64,000 nt of DNA from Candidatus Latescibacterota bacterium (GTDB taxonomy: Bacteria > Latescibacterota > UBA2968 > GCA-2709665), in NCBI GenBank assembly GCA_965208835.1, contig OZ242358.1:640001-704000 (forward strand), in the 5' to 3' direction. The stretch's first letter is position 1; the number at the start of each line of letters is the position of its first letter. Below, one piece after another: positions 55,768-64,000 of the stretch. Position numbers and translations under genes: made by a program. Under the pieces are notes generated by a model, which saw only the letters and a list, made by a program, of their open reading frames with translations, did not search any database and was not told the origin of the DNA.

Positions 55768-57588
55768 TCAGCCTCCCGCGTTCGCCAGTGCTTCATCGAC
55801 CCTCTCAGTCCACGGGTCCGCGACGCGCGCTTCGTACCTGCCGTCGTTGAAATAGGCGGACTTGGGCATGTTACGGTCCTCCAGCACGGCCTGGCGGTAT
55901 GTCCTCTTGAGGCGCGGCCTGAGTTTCCGCAGATCTCCCGCCCTTTGTCTGGCCGCGGGTCCCTGCTGCAGGCCAAGGAGTTCATCGGCTCCGTGCCAGC
56001 CGCGGATGAGGGTCGCGGGAAAGGCAAACCAGCGGCGGATGTAGTCGATCCTGAGACGGACGAGAGGGTCGCGCGTGGCCTTGTACGCGCGGTCCAGCGC
56101 GGCTTCGAGGGCGTCCGCGTCGTCGGAATCGTAACAGGGTACCTGGTCGCGCAGCCCGCGCAGACCCTGAAACCACCGGCCCTCCCGCGGTCGGCGCCAG
56201 ATGGCTTCGAGGAGGTCGTAAAAAGCGCGGACCTCCCCCGCGGCACCGCGGAACAGCCGAGAAAAGAACTCATCGAGGAGCTTTTCCGGGTCCTGGCCGG
56301 CGTCCCACCAGAGTTTGGATGCCAGCCAGATCTGCGGACCGGCCGCCGGCCAGTGGGGATAGGCTTCGGCATAGAAGCCCTTGACGCCCGCGCTGTGCTG
56401 GAACTTGATGTCGTCGGCCATCAGGCCCGGAAAGTAGCGCGGCAGCACCCAGCCCAGGCCGTAGTAATCGTACTTGCAGACGTGGTCGCACTGCTCGAGC
56501 CAGGAGAGGATGAATTCACGGTCCTTGTCCCGATATTCAGGGTCCAGGTGCTGTGCGGTATCCTGCGTCAGATAAATAGCGGCGTTGGGCTCGAGGCGTG
56601 CGATGCGTCTGGGCGGCTCCTCCACGTTATGGTAGGCCAGACATCCCACGAATTTACCGGGATGGGATTCCTGCAGCGCGCGTGCGACCGCGTTGAAGTA
56701 GGTGAACCACCGGTCGGAGTAGATCGGGCGGTCCCGGAATTTCAGATCCGGAATGTCGAGGGCGCGGCAGTTGTTGCAAAGGCAGAAGTTCCCGTTATCA
56801 TTCATCCCCAGCGAGAAGCAGTGCGCCTCGGGGTACTCGTCGAAGTAGGCGCGCGTGGCCTTTATGGTGACGTCGACGACTTCGGGGTTGCTCGTGCAGG
56901 GCTGGCCGAAAAGGCCGTTGCTTACGGCGTCGCTTTCGGGTATCAACCGTGCACCGTCGATAAGCGCGTAGTACTCAGGATGGGTCTTTCCGTATTCGGC
57001 AACGGGGAAAATCTTGTACAGGGCGTGGTGGAAGCCGGCATAGGGCAGTTCGTGCCTCCGGCTGGAGACGCGGTTTCGGCGTTCCCAACGATGTCCTTCC
57101 AGCCCGGCGATTCCGCTGAAGACGCGGAAGAGGAAGTCAGGAGTATGCGTCTCGTTTACCGGTGCGATTCTAAGGGTGGTTTGCATCGGGATGTCTTCGA
57201 AGAGTTCCCCGGGCATGAACCAGCGAACGTCGAGATGGTCTTCCAGCAGGCCGAAGACGCCGTAGGCCGTGCCGCTGTCGCTGCCGCCGAGGATGAAGAG
57301 ATCCCTGCCGGCAGTGTGGATGCGGTAACCCTCGACGCCTGCGTTTCCGGCGTCCAGGTTCAGCGACCGGGCGTACGCGGTGGCCCCGACGTGTATTGCC
57401 GTTCTGCCGCGGGGCGCCGGATTGCCGCCGTCCGTGCCCATCGGGGGCGCCATGCCCGTCATCTTTTCAAGCGCTGTTTGCAGTTCCGAGGCGGCGTCGC
57501 GGAGGATATCTCCGGCGCCATCCGGGACGACGATGGCGGTACGGGGTTGACCCCGGTCGGCCAGGGTGAGCGTTCTGTATTGGCGCAT
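55768..57588 (-). CDS. DUF4838-domain protein with GH20/GH67-like N-terminal domain
   Basis: GTAYGVFGLLE...VRWFMPG, THPEYYAL, QPCTSNPEV, SLGMND...CLCNNC, SDRWFTYFNAVA, LAYH, KLWWD. Start MRQY at 57588, 1 nt after the upstream stop. Confidence 0.75.
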   Translation of the reverse strand: MRQYRTLTLADRGQPRTAIVVPDGAGDILRDAASELQTALEKMTGMAPPMGTDGGNPAPRGRTAIHVGATAYARSLNLDAGNAGVEGYRIHTAGRDLFILGGSDSGTAYGVFGLLEDHLDVRWFMPGELFEDIPMQTTLRIAPVNETHTPDFLFRVFSGIAGLEGHRWERRNRVSSRRHELPYAGFHHALYKIFPVAEYGKTHPEYYALIDGARLIPESDAVSNGLFGQPCTSNPEVVDVTIKATRAYFDEYPEAHCFSLGMNDNGNFCLCNNCRALDIPDLKFRDRPIYSDRWFTYFNAVARALQESHPGKFVGCLAYHNVEEPPRRIARLEPNAAIYLTQDTAQHLDPEYRDKDREFILSWLEQCDHVCKYDYYGLGWVLPRYFPGLMADDIKFQHSAGVKGFYAEAYPHWPAAGPQIWLASKLWWDAGQDPEKLLDEFFSRLFRGAAGEVRAFYDLLEAIWRRPREGRWFQGLRGLRDQVPCYDSDDADALEAALDRAYKATRDPLVRLRIDYIRRWFAFPATLIRGWHGADELLGLQQGPAARQRAGDLRKLRPRLKRTYRQAVLEDRNMPKSAYFNDGRYEARVADPWTERVDEALANAGG

Positions 57589-57589
57589 A

Positions 57590-58834
57590 TCAGTGTCCCC
57601 CCTGCTGAGGTGGAGTGGCTTTCTCCGGGTGCGGAAAACGCGGCGCCAGGCGCCGGCTGATTTCCGGATAGATGGCGATGAAGTGGTCCCGCATGGTCGG
57701 AAACTGGAAATCCTCGGCGGTTTCGAACCCGGTTTCCAGGTCCTGTTTTCGGGGCATATGGCAGTCGATGCAGTTGGACTGCATCGCGTCACCCAGTTCG
57801 GCGGACATACCGCAAGCGTGGGTCTCGTGGCACGCCGCGCAACGCCGGGAGAACAGGGACAGGTTCCCACGCTCGAGGGCGTGCGGGTTGTGGCAGGTGA
57901 TGCAGGTCATCGCCGAACTCTGCTGGAAACACTTCGACTTGGTCAGCCGCGGCAGCTGGTTGGTGCTGTGGACCCCTATCCTGTTCAGCTCTTCGTGGGG
58001 GTCCAGTTTGAGAAAATCACTGAGGGACTCCCCGGGCCGGAAGGAGAAAGGCCGCTGGCTCGGCACGCCGACACCGGAGTGGCATTGCGCGCAGAGATCG
58101 ATCAGCCGCGGCGGATCGAGTCCGCCCGGGTGCAGGATGTGCGGCGTGTCCTTCGCGTCGGGATTTGCGCGTTGATAGGCCGCGTGTTCCGCTCCGGGGC
58201 CGTGGCAGCGCTCGCAGGAGACGCCAAGAACGAAGTGTTCCTTGTTGTATGCGTTACTGGTATAGGATTCGGATTCGAACCAGGTGGCGTGGCACTCCAG
58301 GCATCGGGGGACGACGCCGCGTGAGAAGTTCACTTCGCCGTCGGGATAACCCGGGCTGTTGATCCACCGCTGCTGCTGCGTGAAATACGAGATCGGAAGC
58401 TGATAAAGGAAATCGCCCTGCCAGAAGAGATAGGTCTGGCCGATTTTCCCGGAGCCGGTGACAATGTCGATGCGCTCCGTCCGCCGGTAGCTGCCTTCTC
58501 CTCTTCCAATGATGGCCGTCTGATAGTATCCGTCACGATCAGAGGTGATTTCGAAGCGGAGATTGGCGTTCCGGGTCCGGACGATTGCCTGGTCGGGAGA
58601 GAAGCTGCCGGGAATCGATTCGGGATCTGGAAAGCGTGAGGTGAGATGGTGGGCCGTGCGCCGGTACTCTTCGAACCGGTCCCGGTGACAATCCGCGCAG
58701 GCCTGCGCGCCGGTGTATCCCGCTGAACGGGTCTCGCCGTCCGCATTCCCGGCGTCCGCAAAAAGAAGAGGACCGCCCAGCGCCAGGCCCGCCGAAAGGC
58801 CGAGAACGACCGATCTGAAGACAACCCTTGCCAT
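57590..58834 (-). CDS. Secreted multiheme cytochrome c (7 CxxCH, c554-like)
   Basis: Signal peptide. CADCH, CLECH, CERCH, CAQCH, CITCH, CAACH, CIDCH. Confidence 0.9.
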   Translation of the reverse strand: MARVVFRSVVLGLSAGLALGGPLLFADAGNADGETRSAGYTGAQACADCHRDRFEEYRRTAHHLTSRFPDPESIPGSFSPDQAIVRTRNANLRFEITSDRDGYYQTAIIGRGEGSYRRTERIDIVTGSGKIGQTYLFWQGDFLYQLPISYFTQQQRWINSPGYPDGEVNFSRGVVPRCLECHATWFESESYTSNAYNKEHFVLGVSCERCHGPGAEHAAYQRANPDAKDTPHILHPGGLDPPRLIDLCAQCHSGVGVPSQRPFSFRPGESLSDFLKLDPHEELNRIGVHSTNQLPRLTKSKCFQQSSAMTCITCHNPHALERGNLSLFSRRCAACHETHACGMSAELGDAMQSNCIDCHMPRKQDLETGFETAEDFQFPTMRDHFIAIYPEISRRLAPRFPHPEKATPPQQGGH

Positions 58835-59000
58835 AGCAGTCCGTTGATAAAGTCGCTCTGCAGGCGAGGCCGAGTCATTGTGGCCGAAGACAAGGCGCGC
58901 GACCGAATCGAATCCGTGGATTCGAGGAGGGAGCGCAACGCCGTAATTCGGTCATAAGGGCCGGACGCAGCCCGGATGGGCTTTATTAACGGGCTGACTA
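58835..59000. mobile_element. Putative MITE (about 165 bp) with 18-bp imperfect terminal inverted repeats and 9-bp flanking direct repeat
   Basis: CAGTCCGTTGATAAAGTC (58837-58854) versus the reverse complement of 58979-58996, CAGCCCGTTAATAAAGCC (15/18). CCTTGCCAT at 58826-58834 and 59001-59009. Internal palindrome TCGAATCC-GT-GGATTCGA (58908-58925). Confidence 0.7.
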
Positions 59001-59090
59001 CCTTGCCATTTCAGTTGGAAGGTGGGAGGGTTTCTCAAAGCATACCCCTGCCGCGTGTGGTTGTCAATCGAAAACTAGAAAGGCGACGCC

Positions 59091-59195
59091 ATGTCGATAG
59101 TACGATTCGCGATTGTGGGGGCAGGAAACATCGCGGAGCTAAGGGGCAAGGCGTTGCCGGACACCGTTCCCGCGAAAATCTGCGGCGTGGCCACC
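59091..59195 (+). pseudogene. 5' remnant of a Gfo/Idh/MocA gene, in frame with the beta-barrel ORF
   Basis: MSIVRFAIVGAGNIAELRGKALPDTVPAKICGVA versus MSKIRIAVVGAGNMARVRGQAFLDTGRAEICGVA (60615): 21/34 identical, ungapped. Confidence 0.7.
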
Positions 59196-59210
59196 GGTGT
59201 TAAACTCGCG

Positions 59211-60143
59211 ATGGCGATTGTACTCGTTGCGTTGAGTTGGTTCCTGGCTCCCATTGGATTGAGCGCCCAGGGACAAGACGGGTTCTATCTGCGCGGCGAT
59301 TTCGGGGATTCGGACGCGTTGACGATTCGAGGGAGCATCGAGGGCGTCGATCAGCGGACGCGTTGTGACAGGGCGTTGTATCCGGATCCGGCCGCCGTCC
59401 CGCGCGATCCTGCCTGCTCTGAAACTGCGTCCGGAGCGTACGCGACAATGGCGTTTGACCGGGGCGCGGAAACCATGACCAGCGCAACCTCCCTTGCATT
59501 GGGGTACTCCCACGGCTGGCTCCGGCTGGAAGCCGAACTGAACAACACCGTGTTGGGTGCAACCTCGGCGCCGATGGTGGACGCGGGCCGGCTGGCGCCG
59601 GAGAGGGTACGTGAGTGGAGTGCTGTCGAAGAACCCCAGGCCAGGGTTTCTGGTTTCAACATTACAGACCTGTTTTTGAATGTGCTTCTCGACTACAACA
59701 ATTCTTCGCGCTTCACGCCATTTGTTGGCGTTGGAGGCGGCGTGTCGAATGTCATTCTCGTTTTCAAGGGACTGCGGGTCCGCCGAACGCTCGCTGACGG
59801 ATTCGCGCCGGAAGGCGGCGTCGATCCTGGCGCAGAAGTCGCCATTCCTGCATGGCAGACGCGGGCCGCGGGCACGGCCGATTCCGCGTGGCTACGACTG
59901 GCTGAATCGACGATCGGGACGAATCTGATCGGCGGTGTGGCGTACGAAGCGAACGAGCGATTCGGCATTGCGCTGCGGGGGCGTTACGCGCGTTACGGGG
60001 ATGTCCGGAAACCTGGAAAATGGGACCAGGTGCGAAGTCACGCGCCGGTGCTTGCAAACGGGAACACGCCCGCAACGTTCGACCTGGTGCTCAGTGATAT
60101 CGTCTTCTATGCGGTCACCATCTCGTTCGCGTACGACCTCTAA
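59211..60143 (+). CDS. Outer-membrane beta-barrel protein (Opa/OmpA-TM-like, 8-stranded type)
   Basis: Signal peptide MAIVLVALSWFLAPIGLSAQ, GFYL, LGYS...LRLEAE, FTPFVGVGGG, GGVAY, terminal ISFAYDL. The ORF is also open from ATG 59091. Confidence 0.75.
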   Translation: MAIVLVALSWFLAPIGLSAQGQDGFYLRGDFGDSDALTIRGSIEGVDQRTRCDRALYPDPAAVPRDPACSETASGAYATMAFDRGAETMTSATSLALGYSHGWLRLEAELNNTVLGATSAPMVDAGRLAPERVREWSAVEEPQARVSGFNITDLFLNVLLDYNNSSRFTPFVGVGGGVSNVILVFKGLRVRRTLADGFAPEGGVDPGAEVAIPAWQTRAAGTADSAWLRLAESTIGTNLIGGVAYEANERFGIALRGRYARYGDVRKPGKWDQVRSHAPVLANGNTPATFDLVLSDIVFYAVTISFAYDL

Positions 60144-60272
60144 CCATGTTTCGTTAATTTTCGTGGACATTAGATCGAATTTGTGCAAGCCAAAAAAGGC
60201 GATTGAACTGCGGATTGCCAGGATACTCCAGGGTACTGGACGTGTTCGTGACCTCTCCTCTCATCCCCTCGG

Positions 60273-60456
60273 AAGCGGGTAGACGGGAGACGGTAGACGG
60301 GAGAGATTTCCTGCCCTGTGGAGTCTCTTCTCCTGCCGGAGGCAAGAAGGAATAAAGGATCGGGCAAGGGTTTCTTCTACCGTCTTCCCTCTACCCTCTA
60401 CCCGCATTGAAGCTCTTTGTGGTCAATTTGGTTGTTGTATTCTTTCGAATTGAGGC
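60273..60456. repeat. Heptamer-built inverted-repeat element, copy B
   Basis: AAGCGG-GTAGACG-GGAGACG-GTAGACG-GGAGAGA ... CTTCTAC-CGTCTTC-CCTCTAC-CCTCTAC-CCGCATT ... AATTGAGGC, aligning with 8242-8498. Confidence 0.8.
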
Positions 60457-60614
60457 GAACAGGCCGGCATTCCCGGTAGATAATATGGACGAACACGCTC
60501 CGATTTCGCGTCCGGAGTGAAGAATCGGTTCGAAGGTCGATAGACCAGCGTCCATAACCGGAAGGATAGGACGTTTATCCAAAGCGCAGTTAAAAAACGG
60601 CGAGGGAAAACCCC

Positions 60615-61637
60615 ATGTCGAAAATACGTATCGCGGTTGTGGGCGCCGGGAACATGGCACGGGTCCGTGGCCAGGCGTTTCTGGATACGGGGCGGGCGGA
60701 AATCTGCGGCGTTGCCGCCCGTCGAAGGGAGACCGCCGAATGCTGTGCGGCGGAGCTGGGGTGCGCGGTTTTTGGCGATGATTATCGGAAATTGGCCGGC
60801 ACCCGCCCGGACGCCGTCCTGATCGAAGTACCGCATCGCGTTCAGGACGAGGCGACGATGTGGGCGCTGGATGCCGGCTACGACCTCCTCATCGGCGGCT
60901 GTCTCGCGTCGTCTCTGGAGAACGGAAAACGGATTGTGGAGATGACAAACCGGTCAGAGCGGATCGTGGAGGCGGGGTTTCAGCGCCGGTACGACCCGGC
61001 GTGGGAAGAGATCAGGCGCCTGGTGGCGGGAGGAGAACTGGGGCCGCCGGTGATGGCCGTGACCAGGGCACTGTGGAATCCGGACCCGGATGCCTGGTAC
61101 TACGATCAGGAGGCCAGCGGGGGCATGCCGCTGACCCACATGAGCTACTGTTATCTGAATGCGGTCCGCTGGATTCTCGGCAGGCCGACCACCGTTTCGG
61201 CGATGGCCAACCGGAAGCGGAATACGGCGCCCGGCCACGTTGCCGAGGAGACGTGCGGGGCGCTGATCGGATTCGAAAACGGGGCTTTCGCTTCGGCTAC
61301 GGCCAGCTATATCGGCCCGGACGGGATGTCCGACCCGCAGCCGCGATTCATTTGTGCCAACGGCGGAATTCAGACGAATGCCGAGAGCCCGCCCGGCAAG
61401 GACGCCATTACCGTGTATTGGGAAGGTCGCTCCGAAGTCCGGAGCTTTGAGGCGGAACCGTCGTCTATGTTGAGGCAGGCACACGCGTTTCTGGATGCCA
61501 TGGAACGTCGGCGCGAAGCCCTGAATCCTCCCGAGGATGCCCTGCTGGACGTTGAGATCGCCGAAGCCATTTCCATCTCTGCACAGGAAGACCGTACCGT
61601 TTCGTTGGGGGGAATCAGATCCGGAGGTTGGGAATGA
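60615..61637 (+). CDS. Gfo/Idh/MocA family oxidoreductase (atypical, no EKP motif)
   Basis: AVVGAGNMA, IEVPHRVQ, GFQRRYDP, SGGMPLTH. LIGGCLA sits where EKP is expected. Confidence 0.8.
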   Translation: MSKIRIAVVGAGNMARVRGQAFLDTGRAEICGVAARRRETAECCAAELGCAVFGDDYRKLAGTRPDAVLIEVPHRVQDEATMWALDAGYDLLIGGCLASSLENGKRIVEMTNRSERIVEAGFQRRYDPAWEEIRRLVAGGELGPPVMAVTRALWNPDPDAWYYDQEASGGMPLTHMSYCYLNAVRWILGRPTTVSAMANRKRNTAPGHVAEETCGALIGFENGAFASATASYIGPDGMSDPQPRFICANGGIQTNAESPPGKDAITVYWEGRSEVRSFEAEPSSMLRQAHAFLDAMERRREALNPPEDALLDVEIAEAISISAQEDRTVSLGGIRSGGWE

Positions 61638-61682
61638 CAGTGATGGAATTCTGGCCGGGTCAAGTTTCGGGAGATGTGAAAG

Positions 61683-64000
61683 ATGCTTTGTCGTCTGTTC
61701 GTCGCGATGCTATTCATCACCTTGCAAACGTACGCGGAGGAGGTCCACGTCATGAAAACCGGAGTCAGTACGAGTACTGCCGAGCCGACCGGGTTTGTTT
61801 CCGTTAACGGAACGGTCGTCATTCAGGCGGAGGCCGCCGGGATCGATCCCGGTCGTGCAGAGATCGTAACGCAGATTTCGTTTTCCAGCGAGAAGGGCGT
61901 TTCGCTCAAGGCCGGTGTGGCCGCCAACGTGGGCTCGCACGGCGCCGGACCGGACCTGGTTTTCAAAGTGCGGGCGTCCCGGGCCGGGAGGTACGTGATT
62001 CGTACGCACGCGGCCACGGACGCGAGGGGCAGCGAGGCAATGCGAAAGGCAAAAAGCAAGTTTGACTCGTTGCACCTCAAGATCGCCGTCGGCGATGCAC
62101 GCCCGACAAGACGCGTGGTATTCGTGCCCTGGAGCCGTTCGGAGAGCTGTACACAGACGACCGGAAAGTTTGAATTCAACGGACAGGAACAGGAGATCCG
62201 GATCTGGCTGCCGGAGGGCGTGCGTCTGGACCACCTCGAAGTCGGCCCGTACAGGCCGCCGGAAGTCCCGGCAGCCGCGACCGACTACCGGCCGATGGTG
62301 GCTCCGCCGGCATCCCGACCACGCATCTGGGTGAACGAGCAGTCGCTGCCGAAGGTTCGGGCGAATCTTACGAAGGGCGAAAACGCGCCCCTGTGGGCAG
62401 AGGTCAGGGCAGCGGCGGCCGAACCCTGCGCGTTTGGAGCTGAACCGGATACGGAAGTCGCCTATGACGCCAAACTCGAAAAAGTCGCCGTCGCCAGGGC
62501 TTTCGTTTACCTGATGAACGGCGAAGAGACGCCCGGCCGGGAAGCGGTGGCGCTGATCCGCGACTATCTCGCCGCGGTCGAATTCGGAAACCTGCTCGAT
62601 ATTACCAGGGAAATCGGTCGCGCCATCTACTCTGCCGCGCTCGTCTACGACTGGTGCTACGATTTGATGACACGCGATGACAGGGACAGCATCCGCGGCA
62701 ATCTCATGCGTCTTGCCGACGATATGGAGATCGGCTGGCCGCCGTTCAAGCAAATCATCGTCAACGGCCATGGCAACGAGGCGCAGGTCAACCGCGATCT
62801 GCTCTGCATGGCCATTGCCATCTACGACGAGGACCCGGTACCGTATCGATACTGCGCCTACCGCCTGCTGGAAGAACTGGTTCCAATGCGCCGGTTCGAA
62901 TACCGGTCCCCGCGCCACAACCAGGGCGTGAGTTACGGGCCGTACCGGTTCGGGTGGGATATGCACGCCGCCTGGCTGTTTTACCGTATGACCGGCGAGC
63001 GGGTCTTCGACGACAACATCGCGGACGTCTGCAAGTTCTGGCTTTACATGCGCATGCCGAACGGAGAGACCCTGCGGGACGGCGACGGATTCTCCGACGG
63101 AAGCCCCGCAAGTCTCGGAGCTACCGCACTGCTGAGTTACGCGTACAGCAGCGATCCGGTCATCAAACGCGACTTCGAGCGACAGGGCGGGCTGCCGGCC
63201 GACCCGATCCTGGTGCTGCTGCTGAACGACCCCGACTTGAAGGCAGCCGAGGATTTCTCTTCATTGCCGCTCACCCTGGATTTTGGACCGATCCTCGGTT
63301 CGATGGTCGCCCGGACCGGATGGAATATGGGCGTGGGCGTGTCCGACGTGGTCGTGGAAATGAAGGGCGGGGGGTATCACTTCGGCAATCACCAGCACGC
63401 CGACGCGGGGAGTTTCCAGATCTACTACCGCGGGCTGCAGGCGGCCGACCTGGGGCAGTACCATTTCTACGGAACGCCCTACGACTTCAACTTCTGTAAA
63501 CGTTCGATTTCGCACAGCATGATGCTGGCGGTCGATCCTGAGGAGCAATTTATCCGCAATACGGTCAACGACGGAGGCGCGCGCTTCATTCAATCCTGCC
63601 CGACCACACCGGACCAGGCGCTTTCTGATCCGACATTCGCCAATGGGGACGTCCTCTCAGCCGACTTCGGACCGTCTCCACAGCGGCCGTTCTACAGTGC
63701 CTTCTCGGTCAACCTGACGTCGGCTTACAGCAGGAAGATCGTGGACTACGTGCGCACCTTCTGCTTCCTGAACCTCGATAACGAGCAGACTCCCGCGGCG
63801 CTGATCGTCCTGGACAACATGACCACCGCCAGACCGGAGTTCAGGAAATACTGGCAGGTCAACACCCTCAACCCGCCCGAAACGACGGACGATGGCGTTA
63901 TCCTGAGAAACAGCGACGCTGACGGGAGCGGCAAGGTCGTTCTCAGGATGCTGCGACCGGGGTCGGATGAGCGGGACCTGCAGGTCAGGAGCGGCGATGA
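61683..64000 (+). CDS. Secreted heparinase II (PL21)-like lyase, 3'-partial (absent from the ORF track because there is no stop in the window)
   Basis: Translated by hand from ATG 61683: signal MLCRLFVAMLFITLQTYAEE, RPRIW, VYDWCYD, VNGHGNEAQVNRDLL, HNQGVSYGPYRF, MVARTGW, GNHQHADAGSFQIYYRG. Confidence 0.85.
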   Translation, partial: MLCRLFVAMLFITLQTYAEEVHVMKTGVSTSTAEPTGFVSVNGTVVIQAEAAGIDPGRAEIVTQISFSSEKGVSLKAGVAANVGSHGAGPDLVFKVRASRAGRYVIRTHAATDARGSEAMRKAKSKFDSLHLKIAVGDARPTRRVVFVPWSRSESCTQTTGKFEFNGQEQEIRIWLPEGVRLDHLEVGPYRPPEVPAAATDYRPMVAPPASRPRIWVNEQSLPKVRANLTKGENAPLWAEVRAAAAEPCAFGAEPDTEVAYDAKLEKVAVARAFVYLMNGEETPGREAVALIRDYLAAVEFGNLLDITREIGRAIYSAALVYDWCYDLMTRDDRDSIRGNLMRLADDMEIGWPPFKQIIVNGHGNEAQVNRDLLCMAIAIYDEDPVPYRYCAYRLLEELVPMRRFEYRSPRHNQGVSYGPYRFGWDMHAAWLFYRMTGERVFDDNIADVCKFWLYMRMPNGETLRDGDGFSDGSPASLGATALLSYAYSSDPVIKRDFERQGGLPADPILVLLLNDPDLKAAEDFSSLPLTLDFGPILGSMVARTGWNMGVGVSDVVVEMKGGGYHFGNHQHADAGSFQIYYRGLQAADLGQYHFYGTPYDFNFCKRSISHSMMLAVDPEEQFIRNTVNDGGARFIQSCPTTPDQALSDPTFANGDVLSADFGPSPQRPFYSAFSVNLTSAYSRKIVDYVRTFCFLNLDNEQTPAALIVLDNMTTARPEFRKYWQVNTLNPPETTDDGVILRNSDADGSGKVVLRMLRPGSDERDLQVRSGD

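Noticed and set aside
55618-57660. 680-aa plus-strand ORF
   Set aside because: Antisense shadow of the DUF4838 gene, which carries the family motifs and fits the minus-strand operon.
1-64000. tRNA/rRNA genes, prophage, integrase/transposase, stop-codon recoding or programmed frameshifts
   Set aside because: No such signatures seen. Intergenic gaps are short and accounted for, and the genes end at plausible family C-termini.

Overview
GC-rich bacterial window, almost fully coding, with a 55-kb run of + strand genes (1-54827), one three-gene - strand operon (54875-58834), then + strand again. It is dominated by a carbohydrate-degradation locus with nine heparinase II/III-superfamily polysaccharide-lyase-like genes. 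Four of these form a paralog family fused to a C-terminal FG-GAP/PQQ beta-propeller, and one is a heparinase II (PL21)-like gene running off the right edge. The locus also has five Gfo/Idh/MocA oxidoreductases, two PhyH dioxygenases, a BNR/sialidase-fold protein and a DUF4838-like protein. No SusC/D, solute-binding protein or ABC ATPase is present. The only candidate glycan importer is a trio: DUF6785/6784-like membrane protein, a 1570-aa fusion of a degenerate M28 peptidase with an FtsX/MacB permease, and a second DUF6785/6784-like protein. This trio is my best candidate for an undescribed system. Also present: a TPR-CRTAC1-GWxTD cluster, CNNM/CBS protein, orphan DNA methyltransferase, permuted SpoIVB-type protease, BrnT/BrnA toxin-antitoxin pair bracketed by repeats, a putative stand-alone toxin/immunity pair, a 7-heme cytochrome c, an M55 peptidase and a chimeric outer-membrane beta-barrel ORF. 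Non-coding features include three heptamer-built inverted-repeat elements, a REP doublet with compensatory changes and a MITE with a 9-bp duplication of a start codon. Gene content suggests a Latescibacterota/Poribacteria-like organism (inference only). No rRNA, tRNA or CRISPR was seen. All family calls come from motif recognition by eye, not from searches.
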